A stretch of DNA of 59,571 bases, the filler included, from Sphacelaria rigidula (Eukaryota): NCBI GenBank assembly GCA_964200075.2. It is 10 parts of 10 records of this genome, joined end to end, with 100 filler letters (N's around TTAATTAATTAA, not from the genome) between each part and the next. Parts side by side here need not be neighbours in the genome. Positions count along the whole stretch, not along the records: positions 47,740 to 53,605 come from CAXNAA020023866.1; positions 53,706 to 59,571 come from CAXNAA020023867.1; 8 more parts are not named here. One strand, written 5' to 3'. The position numbers were made by a program, and so were the translations under genes. Shown one piece after another: positions 47,640 through 59,571 of the stretch. Under the pieces are notes generated by a model. That model was not told the DNA's origin and did no database searches. It saw only the letters and a program-made list of their open reading frames with translations. Numbering within the stretch: the first letter of the stretch is position 1; every line of letters starts with the position of its first letter.

Positions 47640-48264
47640 NNNNNNNNNNNNNNNNNNNNNNNNNNNNNNNNNNNNNNNNNNNNTTAATTAATTAANNNNN
47701 NNNNNNNNNNNNNNNNNNNNNNNNNNNNNNNNNNNNNNNACCTCATCTCGGAGTTAAACCTCAATTCGCTCAATTTGTTGTTTGTTACTGACTTTACTGA
47801 TTACCATCATCTCTAGTGCTGTGAACTGCGGCTACTTTGGCCAGGGAAATTTAGAATTGGCCACGCCAGTGGCCAGTGGCCAGTACAGCGATGTTTTCCA
47901 ACATCGGAAGAAGGACGGGTTTGCTCTGAGCCAGCCACTACAACAGTAGCAGCAGCTGACTTTTTTGGTATTTTCTTCTTTTTTTCTTGTTCCGTCTGCT
48001 TCAACGTTTTCGTGAGATTGAGAGTAAAGCGCTGATCGAGAGTGGCTTTGGTCATTCGCTTGGACCTACCCAAATGTTCATTCCGTGTGTGCTTTCCCTC
48101 GCCTCTATCACTGGCGTGTGCTTTTTACAGCTACAAGTCGATATCTACTCGGTGATATGGAGGGCATCGCTGATTCAGAGTGGCTTTGGTCATTCGCTTG
48201 GACCTACCCATGTTATTGTTCATTCCGTGTGTGCTTAACTTCGCCTCTATCACAGGCCCTGTCT

Positions 48265-48456
48265 CAGGGCTTGTCTTAGCACATTAGTTTTCGATCGAAA
48301 AGGTGCGGTGGAAAACAAGAATCCTAATCTGAGAGTCCATGATTTCAACCATCGTCGAAAATTTTGAAGATGGTTGAAATCACAGCCTATCCGATCGGGA
48401 TTTTTGTTTTCCACCGCACAATTTCGATCGAAACTAATGTGCTAAGACAGGCCCTC
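48265..48456. mobile_element. Fully palindromic MITE (~190 bp)
   Basis: AGGGCTTGTCTTAGCACATTAGTTTTCGATCGAAA...GATTTCAACCATC pairs with GATGGTTGAAATC...TTTCGATCGAAACTAATGTGCTAAGACAGGCCCT. A related right terminus recurs at ~49200-49236. Confidence 0.8.
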
Positions 48457-49329
48457 GCTTGTTTTTTCGATCGAAAAAAGTGCGGTCGATTTTTTTTTGG
48501 CCGATCTCATAGATCCACCGCATTTATGTTCGTTGAAGACTTCAACTCAATGCAACGAGGGAAAAAACAATCGTTTTCGATCGGAAACATGCGGTCAAAA
48601 GGCACGAAGCGGCACTTGACTCTTATCTTACAGACCACCACGCTAAATAACACCTGTTCACAGGACCATGCAAACTCCATCCAACTCAATCTCGGCTACC
48701 ACCGCAACCCTGCATCATAGGGCACGAGTCGAGCACGGGGATAGATACACTACAGTAGTTGGGTGTGCTTTGTTTATTTTTTGTTGGCGAAGACTTGCGC
48801 ATCTTCTCTCCTGGTCGGCATCAGGGACGGAACTGCGTGGTACGGTGGGCAACCGAGTTGCGTGCACGCTCATGGACAGTGCAGGGAGTACAAAACGGCA
48901 CGTTGCTGAAGTTATTTTCACGTCGCATTGTAAGCAGAGAGAACTGATAGTTCTGGGCTGTCTGAACTGCACGTCGTCCGCTTCCCCTTTATCTTCTCTT
49001 GCACGAAACACGCACACACGCACTCAAGACACCCTACTTGCAAGCAGTGCAAACAGTACAGACTGCCTGCACTGTACACGAGTGACCATGTACCGTTTCA
49101 CGAATTCGATTGCCTTTTTTTTTATCGAAAGCTTGAAAATCCATCCGGACCCAACTGCATCAAAACGAGAATTTTTTGCTCAGACTCCACCGCCTCATTT
49201 TTTGGATCGAAAAGAAAAGTGCTAAAGCAGGCCCTCAGTGGCAAGCTATCAACACTACATTTCGGAACTGAAACGAGTCATTCACTAATTGACCGATTTT
49301 CACTCTCAATCGTATCCTCTACTCTCAAT

Positions 49330-49367
49330 CCAAAGGGTATGACATTCTAGCATGTCATACCCTTTGT
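49330..49367. mobile_element. 38-bp hairpin insertion with 8-bp TSD
   Basis: Perfect 15-bp arms CAAAGGGTATGACAT / ATGTCATACCCTTTG with a 6-nt loop. CTCTCAAT at 49322-49329 and 49368-49375. Confidence 0.7.
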
Positions 49368-49548
49368 CTCTCAATAAAACTTTGTTTTCATTGGTATCTC
49401 GTGATTCTGCTGTTCCCGGGTTTTTTTCGGCCGTAGCGTGTAGGTCGACGGCTGGTCCGTCGAATGAGGAAAATGAAGGGAGACAAAGGAGTTGTGAGTT
49501 ATTTACGGCGGAATGCTTGATGCGGAACTGCTGAACGTCAAACCGTGA

Positions 49549-50352
49549 CGCGAGGTCTTATCAGAAGTGATTACCTATTTTCAAGAAATCACTTTGGTGA
49601 AAAACGGCCGATGATTGGTTGCTGCGATACCACCCCCCCCCCCCCCACCCCCCCACCCCGAAAAGTGCCAAAAAATCACTTTTGCAAAAGTGATTTCGTG
49701 ACACCTCGAACGGGAACGTGAAACATCCCGTTGACAGGGGCATGACCGAAGTCTTGACGGACAAGTCAAGACAGTCAACGTGAACCTGAGGATCACATTG
49801 CCCTCCCAAACCAAAACACACCGCTCCATTCATTGCTGCTCATCAGCTGAGCACGCTGTGCGTGATCTTGCTCAAATCGGTTCAGAATTCAGTGAGAGAT
49901 GATGATTTGCGTGAGACGCGCGCACAGCACACGCTCAAAAACAGTCAGCAGCATCACGTTTTCGGTTGCTATTTGACACGCACGCGGCCGCCTTTCATCT
50001 AATGCTGGACGAATTTCCGTCAAACACAGGCTGTCATGTGTAGATGGTGAAGATCTAGCGTTTGAGCTAGCGTTTGAGCTAACGCGCGTGAGTGGTGAAT
50101 GTCTATCCGTCGGTTTTCGTGGCTAGGTGTGTCGGCGCTGTGCTACCTCTTTGCGTCTTGTCCGCAGCAGTAGAAAAATTGGACTAACGGCCACTTCCAG
50201 AACCGCCGCATTTTTCACCTGTGCGCAGATCTGGGCTTTGATCTTAACAAAACTGCTTGTCGATAAGACGCGGCACTGGTCGTTGTGGGGGCAATCACTT
50301 CTCCGAAAGTGATTTTTTTAAAAGTGATGATCACCTCTGATAAGACCCCGCC
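49549..50352. mobile_element. PIF/Harbinger-like non-autonomous element (~800 bp)
   Basis: TIR GCGRGGTCTTATCAGARGTGAT...AAATCACTTT at both ends, with 3-bp TGA on both flanks. Subterminal AATCACTT/AAGTGATT repeats. Confidence 0.65.
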
Positions 50353-51268
50353 TGACCGCCGATAATTGCCGATTACACGATGAAGAACGTTTTGAAGATG
50401 ATGCAACTCATGCTAACTACATCGCGAAGTGATATGTCGGATGTATGCCAAGCTGTACCGAGGTTTGTCGCTTCATTATACATCCGAAAACGAAAATAAT
50501 ACCCGGAGTAACACACAAAATACACGATACACCAAAGTACACGATTCACGATGACTTGTTCTTCAAATGTTGTAGTACATGCGCGCCCCACCGCGCGGCT
50601 CCGTCGCCGATCTCCACAATGAAAAAAGATGCCCAAGTTTTCACCAACAAACATATCATACCCAACTACTGCAGTGTGTATCTATCCCTATGCCCAACTC
50701 GTGCTTTTTGCTGCAGGGCGGTGGTGGTTGGGAAAACGTGGTGTGGGGTTTGCATGGTTCGATCTGTGAACGGCGGGTGGTTGCGTGATAAATGGCGCGG
50801 TGGTCTACTGTAACATTGCTGAAGTCGCAAAAGTGCCCTGCACGCAGTCATGACACAAGTGTCCTCCAGAGGCTTGATGTAGTGCGAACGCCAAGGGTAA
50901 ATTTACACGCTGGAGAGGATCATTTTCCCAAATTAACCAGATGTACCCTCAGTAAAAATCACTGCTCAAGGGGATCGTGTGCCCTCTAGCAGCTTCGTGT
51001 ACTGTCCATTACAGAGGGATTAAATACCCGATCATCGAAACCGAGGACGGAGCTTTTCTTTGAGGATGATGACCCAGAAAATTAAAATCTCCGCTTACAC
51101 GCCAATTCTTCGAAATATAAATCTATTCCTTCATCTGCTGGCAGCTATTGATAACTACCACACGCCATCAAAAGTTGGATTCTGATGACCGAAATTCGAG
51201 GGTCCTAGGTGAAAAAGCAATTCCCGGGAACTTACTGTAGGCGATCCGACCGAATCACTTGAAATCCC

Positions 51269-53445
51269 GGCACCGAGTTCATGGGTACGGGTCGTTATAT
51301 AATAATTAAACTCAAATCTTTTTTCGTTGTTTTTCATGATTCTCGAACGGATTTAACCGTGGAATTCTCTGTTGATTGATACACGTGCGCTACTCAAGCC
51401 CCATGTGCCGCAGGGAGGTCAATGAGATTGAAGTGTTTGTTTGTTTTTTTCTGTCCAGGCCCGGTCTGGGCTTCCTTTTCCTCTTCTAGCTGGCTACAGC
51501 CCAGAACAGTTCAATATATCGATGATATTTTCACAGGCACCATGTCATCATGAAGCAAGCTTATACGGTATACGGTATACAGTACCTTCGAAGTAGAGCT
51601 GTGCTCTAGCACACGGGATTGCACAATCAAGAGGAATGCATGTTTGCGTTAGCTGTCTGATGTCCCGTGTGTAGAGTGTTTGGTCGTCTTCGCCACAGCA
51701 TCTCCAAGCAATTTCTGTCGCGGTACCAACTATATCTTTACCGCAAGATTCGCCAATCCTGTCCAGGCGGTGGGCATCGCGTGAGTTCTGTCTGTACGGC
51801 ACCGATCAACACGAGCCATCCCGAACAAAAGCACGACGGCCAACAATAGAGAGCTACAGTAGCAGCATTAATCCCGATATAGTCCTTTCCTGGGGTCATA
51901 CCATCAGGGAGCATGAAACAGCGCACAGCGACAACGATAGCACCGCCTTATCTCATGCCCCGTATCCAAAGCCGTGCAGGATACAGGAGGCGGAAGCTTA
52001 CTAAGCGCAAAAATAGAGACTGCAACGCCAACCCCCGCCACCGCAACCATACGGCAGGCACGACGACGCTCATAACAAAGGTTGGATACACCAACCCGTA
52101 TACAGAAAGACAAAGTACTCCTTATGGGGCCGTTGGTGTCCTGGATACCATCTTTCCGCAGCACAGTACAGTCCTCTACTGCGGCTGCGGTGGATGCAGT
52201 GGCTGCGGGGACCATAAGGCCGGCCAAACACGAGTGTGACGGAGTCCATACTAAAACCAAGTATGCGTTGTATAATGCGTTATATAATGTAGAGGGACTG
52301 GTAATATTTGAAATTAAATTACTTGAAACTAGAATTTGCGTTATATAATTTGACCCGTACCCATGGCACCGAGTTCATGGGTACGGGTCGTTTTATAATA
52401 ATTAAGCTCAAATCATCGATTTTTTCGTTGTTGTCCATGATTCTCGAACGGATTTAACCCGGGATTTCTGTGTTACTGTGTACACACGTGCGCTACTCAA
52501 GCCCCATGAACCTCAGAGAGGTCAACAAGGTAATATTGTTCGTGTCTTTTCATGCTGAGGCCCGTTGTGGGCTTCATTTCCTTCCGCCAGCTGGGTACAG
52601 CCCAGAACAGTACAGTATATCGATGATATTTTGATATTTCAAAAGCACCACTCACCATGATGAATCAAGCTTATGGCACACCTTCGAAAGGGGGCGGTGC
52701 TCTAGCACACGGGGTCGCACACGCAGGAGAGATACCTGTTAACGTTAGCTGCCCTATGTTCGATGTGTATAGTGCTTCGTCGTCTTCACCATTGCATCTC
52801 TAAATATTTTCTGGCGCGGCACCGACTGTATCTTTACCGCAAGATGCGCCGACCCTGGCGAGGCGGTGGGCATCGCGTGAGTACTGTCTATACGGCACCG
52901 ATCAGCACGAGTTATCAAGAACAAAAGCACGACGGCCAACAATAGCGAGCCAGCAGCATTGATGCCGATACAATTCTTGTCTCGGGGTCGTGCCGTCCGG
53001 GAGCACGAAACAACGCACAATGACGACGATAGCCTCGTCTTAACTCACACCCGCCCCGTATCCAAAGGCGTGGAAGGTACAGGAGGAGGAGCAAGTGGAG
53101 CGCAGATGGAGACTGCAACGCCAACCCCGGCCACCACGACCACACGGCAGGCACAACGATTCTCATAGCGAATGTTTGGTGCATCAACCCGTATACAGAA
53201 AGACAAAGCACGCCTTGTGAGGTCGTTGTTGTCCTGGATACCATCTCTCCGCAGCACGGTCTTGTGATGCGGCTGCGGGCGGCAGAAGGCCGGTAAACAC
53301 GAGTGTGACGGAGTCCTTACTAAAATCAAGTTTGCGTTATGAAATGCGTTATGAAACGTAGAGGGACTGGTAATAATCTGAATTAAATTACTTGAAATTA
53401 GTGTTTGCGTTATGAAATTCGGCCCGCACCCATGGACCCACCGCC
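51269..53445. mobile_element. MULE-like non-autonomous element made of two diverged ~1.09-kb units
   Basis: Exact 9-bp TSD TGAAATCCC at 51260-51268 and 53446-53454. TIR GGC...CATGGGTRCGGGYCG (19/26). The second unit starts at ~52365 with the same left terminus. Confidence 0.8.
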
Positions 53446-53472
53446 TGAAATCCCAACATTTTTTTCACCTTC

Positions 53473-53605
53473 ATTATTATTATTATATCCGTCACATTAG
53501 CTTGATCTCTCGAACCCGTGGTCACAGAATAAAAAAAGCATAACACCAATATACCGATAATCCAAACAGCCCGAAGAACAATGCAAGGAACAAAAACATC
53601 TACAC
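53473..53605 (-). mobile_element. LINE-type 3' terminus with (ATA)n tail, cut by contig end
   Basis: Minus strand reads GTGACCACGGGTTCGAGAGATCAAGCTAATGTGACGGATATAATAATAATAAT. Confidence 0.55.
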
Positions 53606-55356
53606 NNNNNNNNNNNNNNNNNNNNNNNNNNNNNNNNNNNNNNNNNNNNTTAATTAATTAANNNNNNNNNNNNNNNNNNNNNNNNNNNNNNNNNNNNNNN
53701 NNNNNCCCTCCCCGCCTGGGAGGGGAGGTATGGGGTGTGGGGGTGGGGTTGGGGGGGGGGGGGGGGGGGGGGGAGTTAAGCCGTTCTTCTCAATTTTGGT
53801 GCAATTTTTTTTTAATTCAATACCTACCTCTACAATTCTGATATGTGGCACGCACCCAATAGCATTTTTACGGTGGGGCGCTCGGGATACAGGACGGCAA
53901 ATGAAGTGGATTTTCTTGTCCTTGGAGGAATAGAAATAACACATACCATCGTTTTGGTTCTGATGTTCCGCCGGAACCTTTTTGTGTTTTGACCATGGAG
54001 GTTCTCACGTCGCGCTCCTTCTTTTATTAATATCCGGGCTGTAAAGTACATCGATTTACAGATACCCCTTTACATCTGGGGAGGGGGGGAGGGGGGAGGG
54101 GGGGGGGCATGTAATGTATGTACAGTATGCGTGTATGTTCCATGTACATTTTTGTTTTTATTGTACCTCGGTTTTTCTTGTTCGTGATTCGCTCGCGTGT
54201 ATTTTCACGCTTTCATTATCGAAATTTCGTTTGTTTTCGTATGGTCGTCTATGTCCGTTCTGTGTATGCATGAGAAAGGGAGAGCGAGAAGTGTTTTGAT
54301 TTCGCAACCACCTACTTCCTCCTTTTTCTCTCCTTTTTTCTTTACTCTATTATTTTTTTTCTAAATGCGAACGTTCGTTAGCTGCCGGTACGTGCGGATT
54401 ATCTGTACCGTCTGTGTTTTTATCATCTCACATATTGATTGCGTGTTCGACGAGGGCGGGGAGGTGGAGGGACGGGGGACAGGTAGAAGAAAGGCGCTGA
54501 CAGATTCGGCTGAACGCTGATCGATACGGCTGTACAGACAGACACTGGCCGATACAACTGTACAGATACCGACCGACACGGCTGCATAGACACTAACCGA
54601 TACGGCTGCACAGTACCCATCTGCACTGGAGAAATCAGGAATTGAGAAATCCAGCGGAAAAGGAACACTTAAAAAGTACAGTAACGTAAAATATGGAGGG
54701 TGGCACCCCGCGGTAATGAAGTTGTTTGATTATTGATTCTGTCGGAGTCTTTGGTTCCGGTGACACAAAAACTTGTGCTATTGGAAACATCATGACATGG
54801 CGTCGAGGTTTATCTGTTCGCGGGGTCCTCCAGCAGTGCAGTGTCTGAAAAACGTCCGTCATCGGGCGTTTTTTTTATCATGTGCTGTAATCTACCGAGT
54901 ATGCAGTAGCTTAAGAGTTCAGATTAATACGGCACTCCTGCTTGATCGTACCAGTAGAACTATAATTGAAGCCGTTTTTTTCTTGGAGGATGAACAGAGG
55001 CAACCTGACGCAACACCTACCCCCGCAAGCGGGTTCGTGTACCGATTACCCTGAGGCTCGGCCATAGTGCCACGCGACAGTCATGTAAGGGAGGCGCCTC
55101 GAGCGTTCGCACGCTTTGCTTAAGGCAGCTAGTGTGGGGGTCCGACCCACTACAACCCCACGTCAACTTGGCGCAGAGCACGCGCTGCCCTACTCTTCTG
55201 AGCTTTGGGCCAAGGCCTAATTGGAGCCCGATGTGCGCGCGCTCAGGCATCGTGTTTCTGGTAACGGTTTCGTCGTTGACTGGATTTGTTTTGAGCATGA
55301 CAGCCGCACCCCAGTGGTCTCTGGTGCATGAGTGAAATCAGCTAACGTGGAGTATA

Positions 55357-55941
55357 CTTTCTCTGTCCCATAAGTCTGGGAAGTTATGGGCGTTGAATCG
55401 CATGGGTATGCCAGCGTTGCCGATCATTCCATAGCTGGATTCGCTAGGAACATGAAGAGCAAACGAAGCTGATGAAAAAAAAAAGTTCAATTTTAGGTTG
55501 ATGTCGAAATATGCCCATGTTGACCCTTTTCGATCCATTTATACCGCATCATTGACCGATTTTGAAAGTTTTCACGTCGAGCACTAGAAATTACATGCTA
55601 ACAAAATGTTGGATGGGGGCGTGCGTAGATTAACATCACGGACATGTTCATAATCAACGGTAATTTCGCAAATTTCACATTTTCTGGCCCATTTTTCGCG
55701 ATTTTTCGTGTTCCCGGGCCTCCCATGCTTTCCTGGGAAAACGAGCAAAAACTGGCCGTTTTCGGACCGACCTATTTTTTCTCGTCCGCGCAGCTGCATG
55801 GGTCAAGCACCCGCGTTGTAGAACGAATGTTGGTTTCAGCTAAAAAAACGCTGACGATGCAAAAAAAGACATCGAAAATCAAATCAGACACGGTTAGGAG
55901 TCGCACAAACATAACTCCCCAGACTTATGGGACAGAGTAAG
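55357..55941. mobile_element. Tc1/mariner-type (Stowaway-like) MITE
   Basis: TIR CTTWCTCTGTCCCATAAGTCTGGGRAGTTATG at both ends, with TA on both flanks. The internal segment is similar to 15455-15510. Confidence 0.8.
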
Positions 55942-57419
55942 TATGTTGTGAAAAAACGCCGATCTTCAAAATGCAGGATGGTGCATTTCATCAAGGATGA
56001 TAACCCGGAGAGTAGAAAAGAAAACACTCTCCTTCTTCGAAACATGGTCGCATTCCTTCACCTAACAGTAGCTATTGACGACTGCTACACGCCAACGAAA
56101 TCATACTTTCGATAACCGAAAGTTTGGGGTCCCAGGTGAATGAAGACATGGAATATGGGGAGTTTAGGTATTCGAATACCAAAACGCAAGGCGTGTACCG
56201 GGGAGAGATGATGGATTGGTCCATTGAGACCACGGACTCATGCCGAGGAAGAGGAAGAGTTCAAAGTGCAAGAATTACATAAAGAAGCGTGCGCGCCGCG
56301 ACTAAGACTCTACAGGGTGGCGAAATCCTGTGAAGTTGCTGAAAAGGGAGCTATCAGCCTGCATGTGAAACGTGACGCTGAGCGATATTTGAAATACCCC
56401 AAGAAGAAAAAAAATCGCCGGCGAAACATTGTACAGTATTTAAAGTGTGATGCTCGGGTATATGAACAGCGCCAACTGCGAAAAGAAACACTATGTACAG
56501 TATCACTTTTGTAGTGGGTATGTGGTGGTGTTACCCAAGCCATCAAGATTCACGACGTGCGACGTGCGCGGCCGGGGGCAATGTGTAATTATGTGGGTTG
56601 TGCGCTCTATGGAATATACTACACGAATCTGGTGCTCTTTCAGGCGCAATGATCGCATGTTGGGAACCTGCTCCTGGGTTTCAACGACCACCTACGTGGA
56701 GCACGATCAACGGCATGTAAGTGCACATAGATTTCGAGTTGTGAAGTGAGACGATACAAACAGTAAGACGATCGGATGCGGCTACCATGAGATATATATG
56801 ATGGTGCGGCAACCAAACATTCGTTGTCGTTGGACAGCACAGCATGAGAGCATCATGATTCAAGACACTAGGGATCAAAAGTGTCGACGTACAATCCTGC
56901 TCGCACCCACCCCCTGGTACATTCGCTAACCGTAGATGTGGAAGACCCCGAAGACTCAAAATTGGGATGCAACGTCTGGAGCACTTCAGATATTTGAATA
57001 TGTCCGAACTAAATCCTTGTACATGTGTACGTGTACTGGTGCAGGTACGACCCGGTGAGGGTTGTATCATGATATTTGTACCGCTTCAGTTTAATTTCGA
57101 CAGTATTCTGGGTGCACATTTGAGCTCCGGAGGAGCATGCGTATGGTGGAGTGTGTATGGTTGGGTGAATGAAGAGTGTGAGAGAGATTAACAGAAGAGG
57201 GTAATACATTTTCCCCTCTGTCAAGAGTACTGAAACAGATCTTGAGAAAGGACTGGTGCATACAAGGGAAACCTGAGTTCGATTCTCGGATTGGACACCA
57301 TGGAACATATCCTTAAAAAGGGAACATATCCTTAAAAAGGACTGGTGCACACAACGAGTATTAGCAAGGCTGCTCGGTAGCAGCTGTCTGGATGTCCAGA
57401 TGGCTGTCCCTAGATGCAT

Positions 57420-58790
57420 TGCTTATGAACCATTGGCTATCTATGGGTACCTGTACGCGGCTGCATTCTTGGTATCAGATCGTTGACCCGAGAGTTCACT
57501 AAAGATTCGGTCAGCTGATTATCAGTGATGAAGCAGTGGAAGCAGTATGATACATCCCAGGATTAGAGAGTCGTCGTGTCGTGTATTGATTGCTGATGCT
57601 AGGCCTAGACTCGAATGCAATTCTTGACGAGGAAGACAAGGAAGCACTAGAAGGAAGGGTTGCAGAACGGACTGTCGTCCTGCGATGCTCAAAACTGGAA
57701 CATGTCACACAGCTAAGCCTAGCAAATGGAGGCAGGCGCAACGCTGCCTTAGGACCGGGAACGATTCTTGGATCGATCCGTGGCAGTACATCGTGTAAGA
57801 GGCAATCGATAACGCGAATGAGAAGAGAGCTTCACAGATACGTTTAAGAAGAGTTGATTACAAGCAGAGGGACGTTTGAGCGGATATCTAAAGTTGAGCA
57901 TTGAATGCAGGCTACAAGAACCAGAGACAAGTTTGAGAAGAATTGAGTACAGGCAACAAGCCTCAGAGAGACGTTTGAGCAATGGCTACCCAAAAATGAT
58001 GTGGACACTGAAGGAAAGTTATCCGAGAAGCTACGGCTGATGGAAGCTAAGCAAAGAGAGTTGGTAAAAACTGCGAAATAGCAGGCGCGACGAGATGCAA
58101 TTGCGGAATATGAAAGAGACAGAGTCATACATTTTGACAACAATGGTACACAGGACAATCCTTCGAATACTGATACAGCTGACAGAGATTGATAGACTAA
58201 CCCGGAGGTTTCCCCCGAGGCTAGGAACGATAACTACATGGAGCAACAGAGAGCACAAGCAAGTGTAGTAAGGGTACGTAATCACAATAGTATTCCTCGT
58301 GGGATGGCTCTGTAAGGGCTAGCGAAATCCTTGAGGCCAAGTTCCGTGTATTCGAAGTTCAGATGACTGCTTATTTCTGCCAGGAGAGATGTTCCGATGC
58401 GCTTTTCGCAGAAATGCTAATGAGAGTATTCACCGGGCCTGAACATGCACTGCGGAGGCAGGTCGGCAATGTTGCAGTAGACATGGCTCAGAGAGCTTGG
58501 GATATCATTATCGAAAAGATCACCATCCCGCAACTAGTGGAACATCTGACGATGTATGGGAACCCAAGCGAGCCGTGGGACTATTTAGTATAGTACCATA
58601 ATGTATCCCCCACGGCACTCAAGGCCCTTCTCGAGCAGGAATGGCGGACTCTCGAGATGAACCTGGGTGAATCACCTTTTGTTTTCCTGAGCAGCACTAA
58701 CTTGATCAGACACAAGAGACAGGGTTTCGTTCTTTTTTTGTCCGATTCGGATGCGAACCGTCATTTAACAGCCTGGAAGCGTTATTGAGG
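57420..58790 (+). mobile_element. Decayed Ty1/copia-like gag region
   Basis: The stop-riddled frame ~58300-58770 reads AQRAWDIIIEKI...NPSEPWDYLV*YH...KALLEQEWRTLEMNLGESPFVFL...SDSDANRHL, the helical pattern of copia gag (UBN2-type). Possible degenerate primer-binding site CA-TTGCTTATGAACC at ~57417-57431. No pol seen. Confidence 0.55.
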
Positions 58791-59571
58791 TTCAATATTT
58801 TTATGAGGTTTAACGGACCATCGAAATTCCATTTACTTTGTTCAAAAGGCTCGGGAGTCGCAACCGGTTTCGTCCATGTGCCCCTATTCTAGAAGTTTCT
58901 GAGCTGGAGCGAAAGCATGATGGTGTGCAGTCCAACCGAAAAGCCGCCCTAACTCATTGTGCCGCATCTATCGAGCAACCCTTGCGTCTAAGCGCTGCGG
59001 AACACGTAACAAAGCATGCTGAAAACATACTTCTTTAGACTAGTCATCGAGTTTTCCAGCGCCTCTTGTTGTGTATTTGAGAGAGAGTTCATACTGTTGC
59101 GCCGGCGACGACCGCCGTCAGCGAAACGATCCAATGCGGCGGCAGACGCCAACGATCTTCGAAACGCAGCGTCATTCAGCAGTCTGCTGAGATATACCAT
59201 CACCACAGCACAGTATCACCACAGTACATGGTCAGTTAGATCAAATGGGTGCCCCACGATGAAGCTGCAGACACACACAACGGGGGTAAGGGTTAGTCCG
59301 ACGCCTGGGGTGGTTTCGCCAGTAGTGCCCATGCGAGGGGCTTCATCTAGTCTGGGCCAGCTATCACGCCTTGTATGGCCACCTCCGCCGTGGCTGTGTT
59401 GAGAACCAGTTTCGTGGTGGAGCTGTTAAACAACACTACTGTCGTAGTGCAAGGCGCTTCAAACATTCGAGCCGTTTCTTTTGAATTTAAAAGCCGCGGC
59501 AGCTCTAGTTTAAATATCCCTTCTGACGGTCCCAAACGGGCGCTGATGAAGCGAGGGAAAGCGCTGGCACC

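Noticed and set aside
56940..56995. WD40 repeat fragment (NWDATSGAL)
   Set aside because: A single short match that needs a frameshift, with no further repeats nearby.

Overview
This is not one locus. It is ten unrelated contigs of 5866-5868 bp, in descending length order, joined by an artificial 100-bp linker (44 N + TTAATTAATTAA + 44 N). Contigs: 1-5868, 5969-11836, 11937-17804, 17905-23771, 23872-29738, 29839-35705, 35806-41672, 41773-47639, 47740-53605, 53706-59571. Adjacency across linkers is meaningless. The DNA is repeat-rich and eukaryotic, with GT-AG introns; a brown alga (Phaeophyceae) is my inference from the repeat families and protein motifs. Host coding content: one complete 4-exon gene for an 837-aa type-I membrane mucin/AGP-like protein (31232-34857), a divergent SPF30/ZGPAT-like first exon, a CSC1/OSCA-like first exon, and a pseudogenised fatty-acid desaturase exon. 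Mobile elements: a Ngaro/DIRS-type tyrosine-recombinase retrotransposon (broken RT-RNase H, intact recombinase), hAT and copia relics, tRNA-derived SINEs, LINE 3' tails, and many TIR elements (Sola2-like, Tc1/mariner-like, PIF-like, and a MULE-like dimer), several with readable target-site duplications (TSDs). The most unusual items are: (i) a contig made entirely of a 44-bp hairpin-core satellite with a hypervariable 9-nt window and a higher-order repeat, which looks like CRISPR but is not; (ii) two 5S-rRNA-derived arms forming a fold-back, revealed by removing a nested MITE; (iii) a decayed candidate Sola2-like element with a Tudor-like C-terminal domain. No database searches were run, so family names rest on motif recognition.
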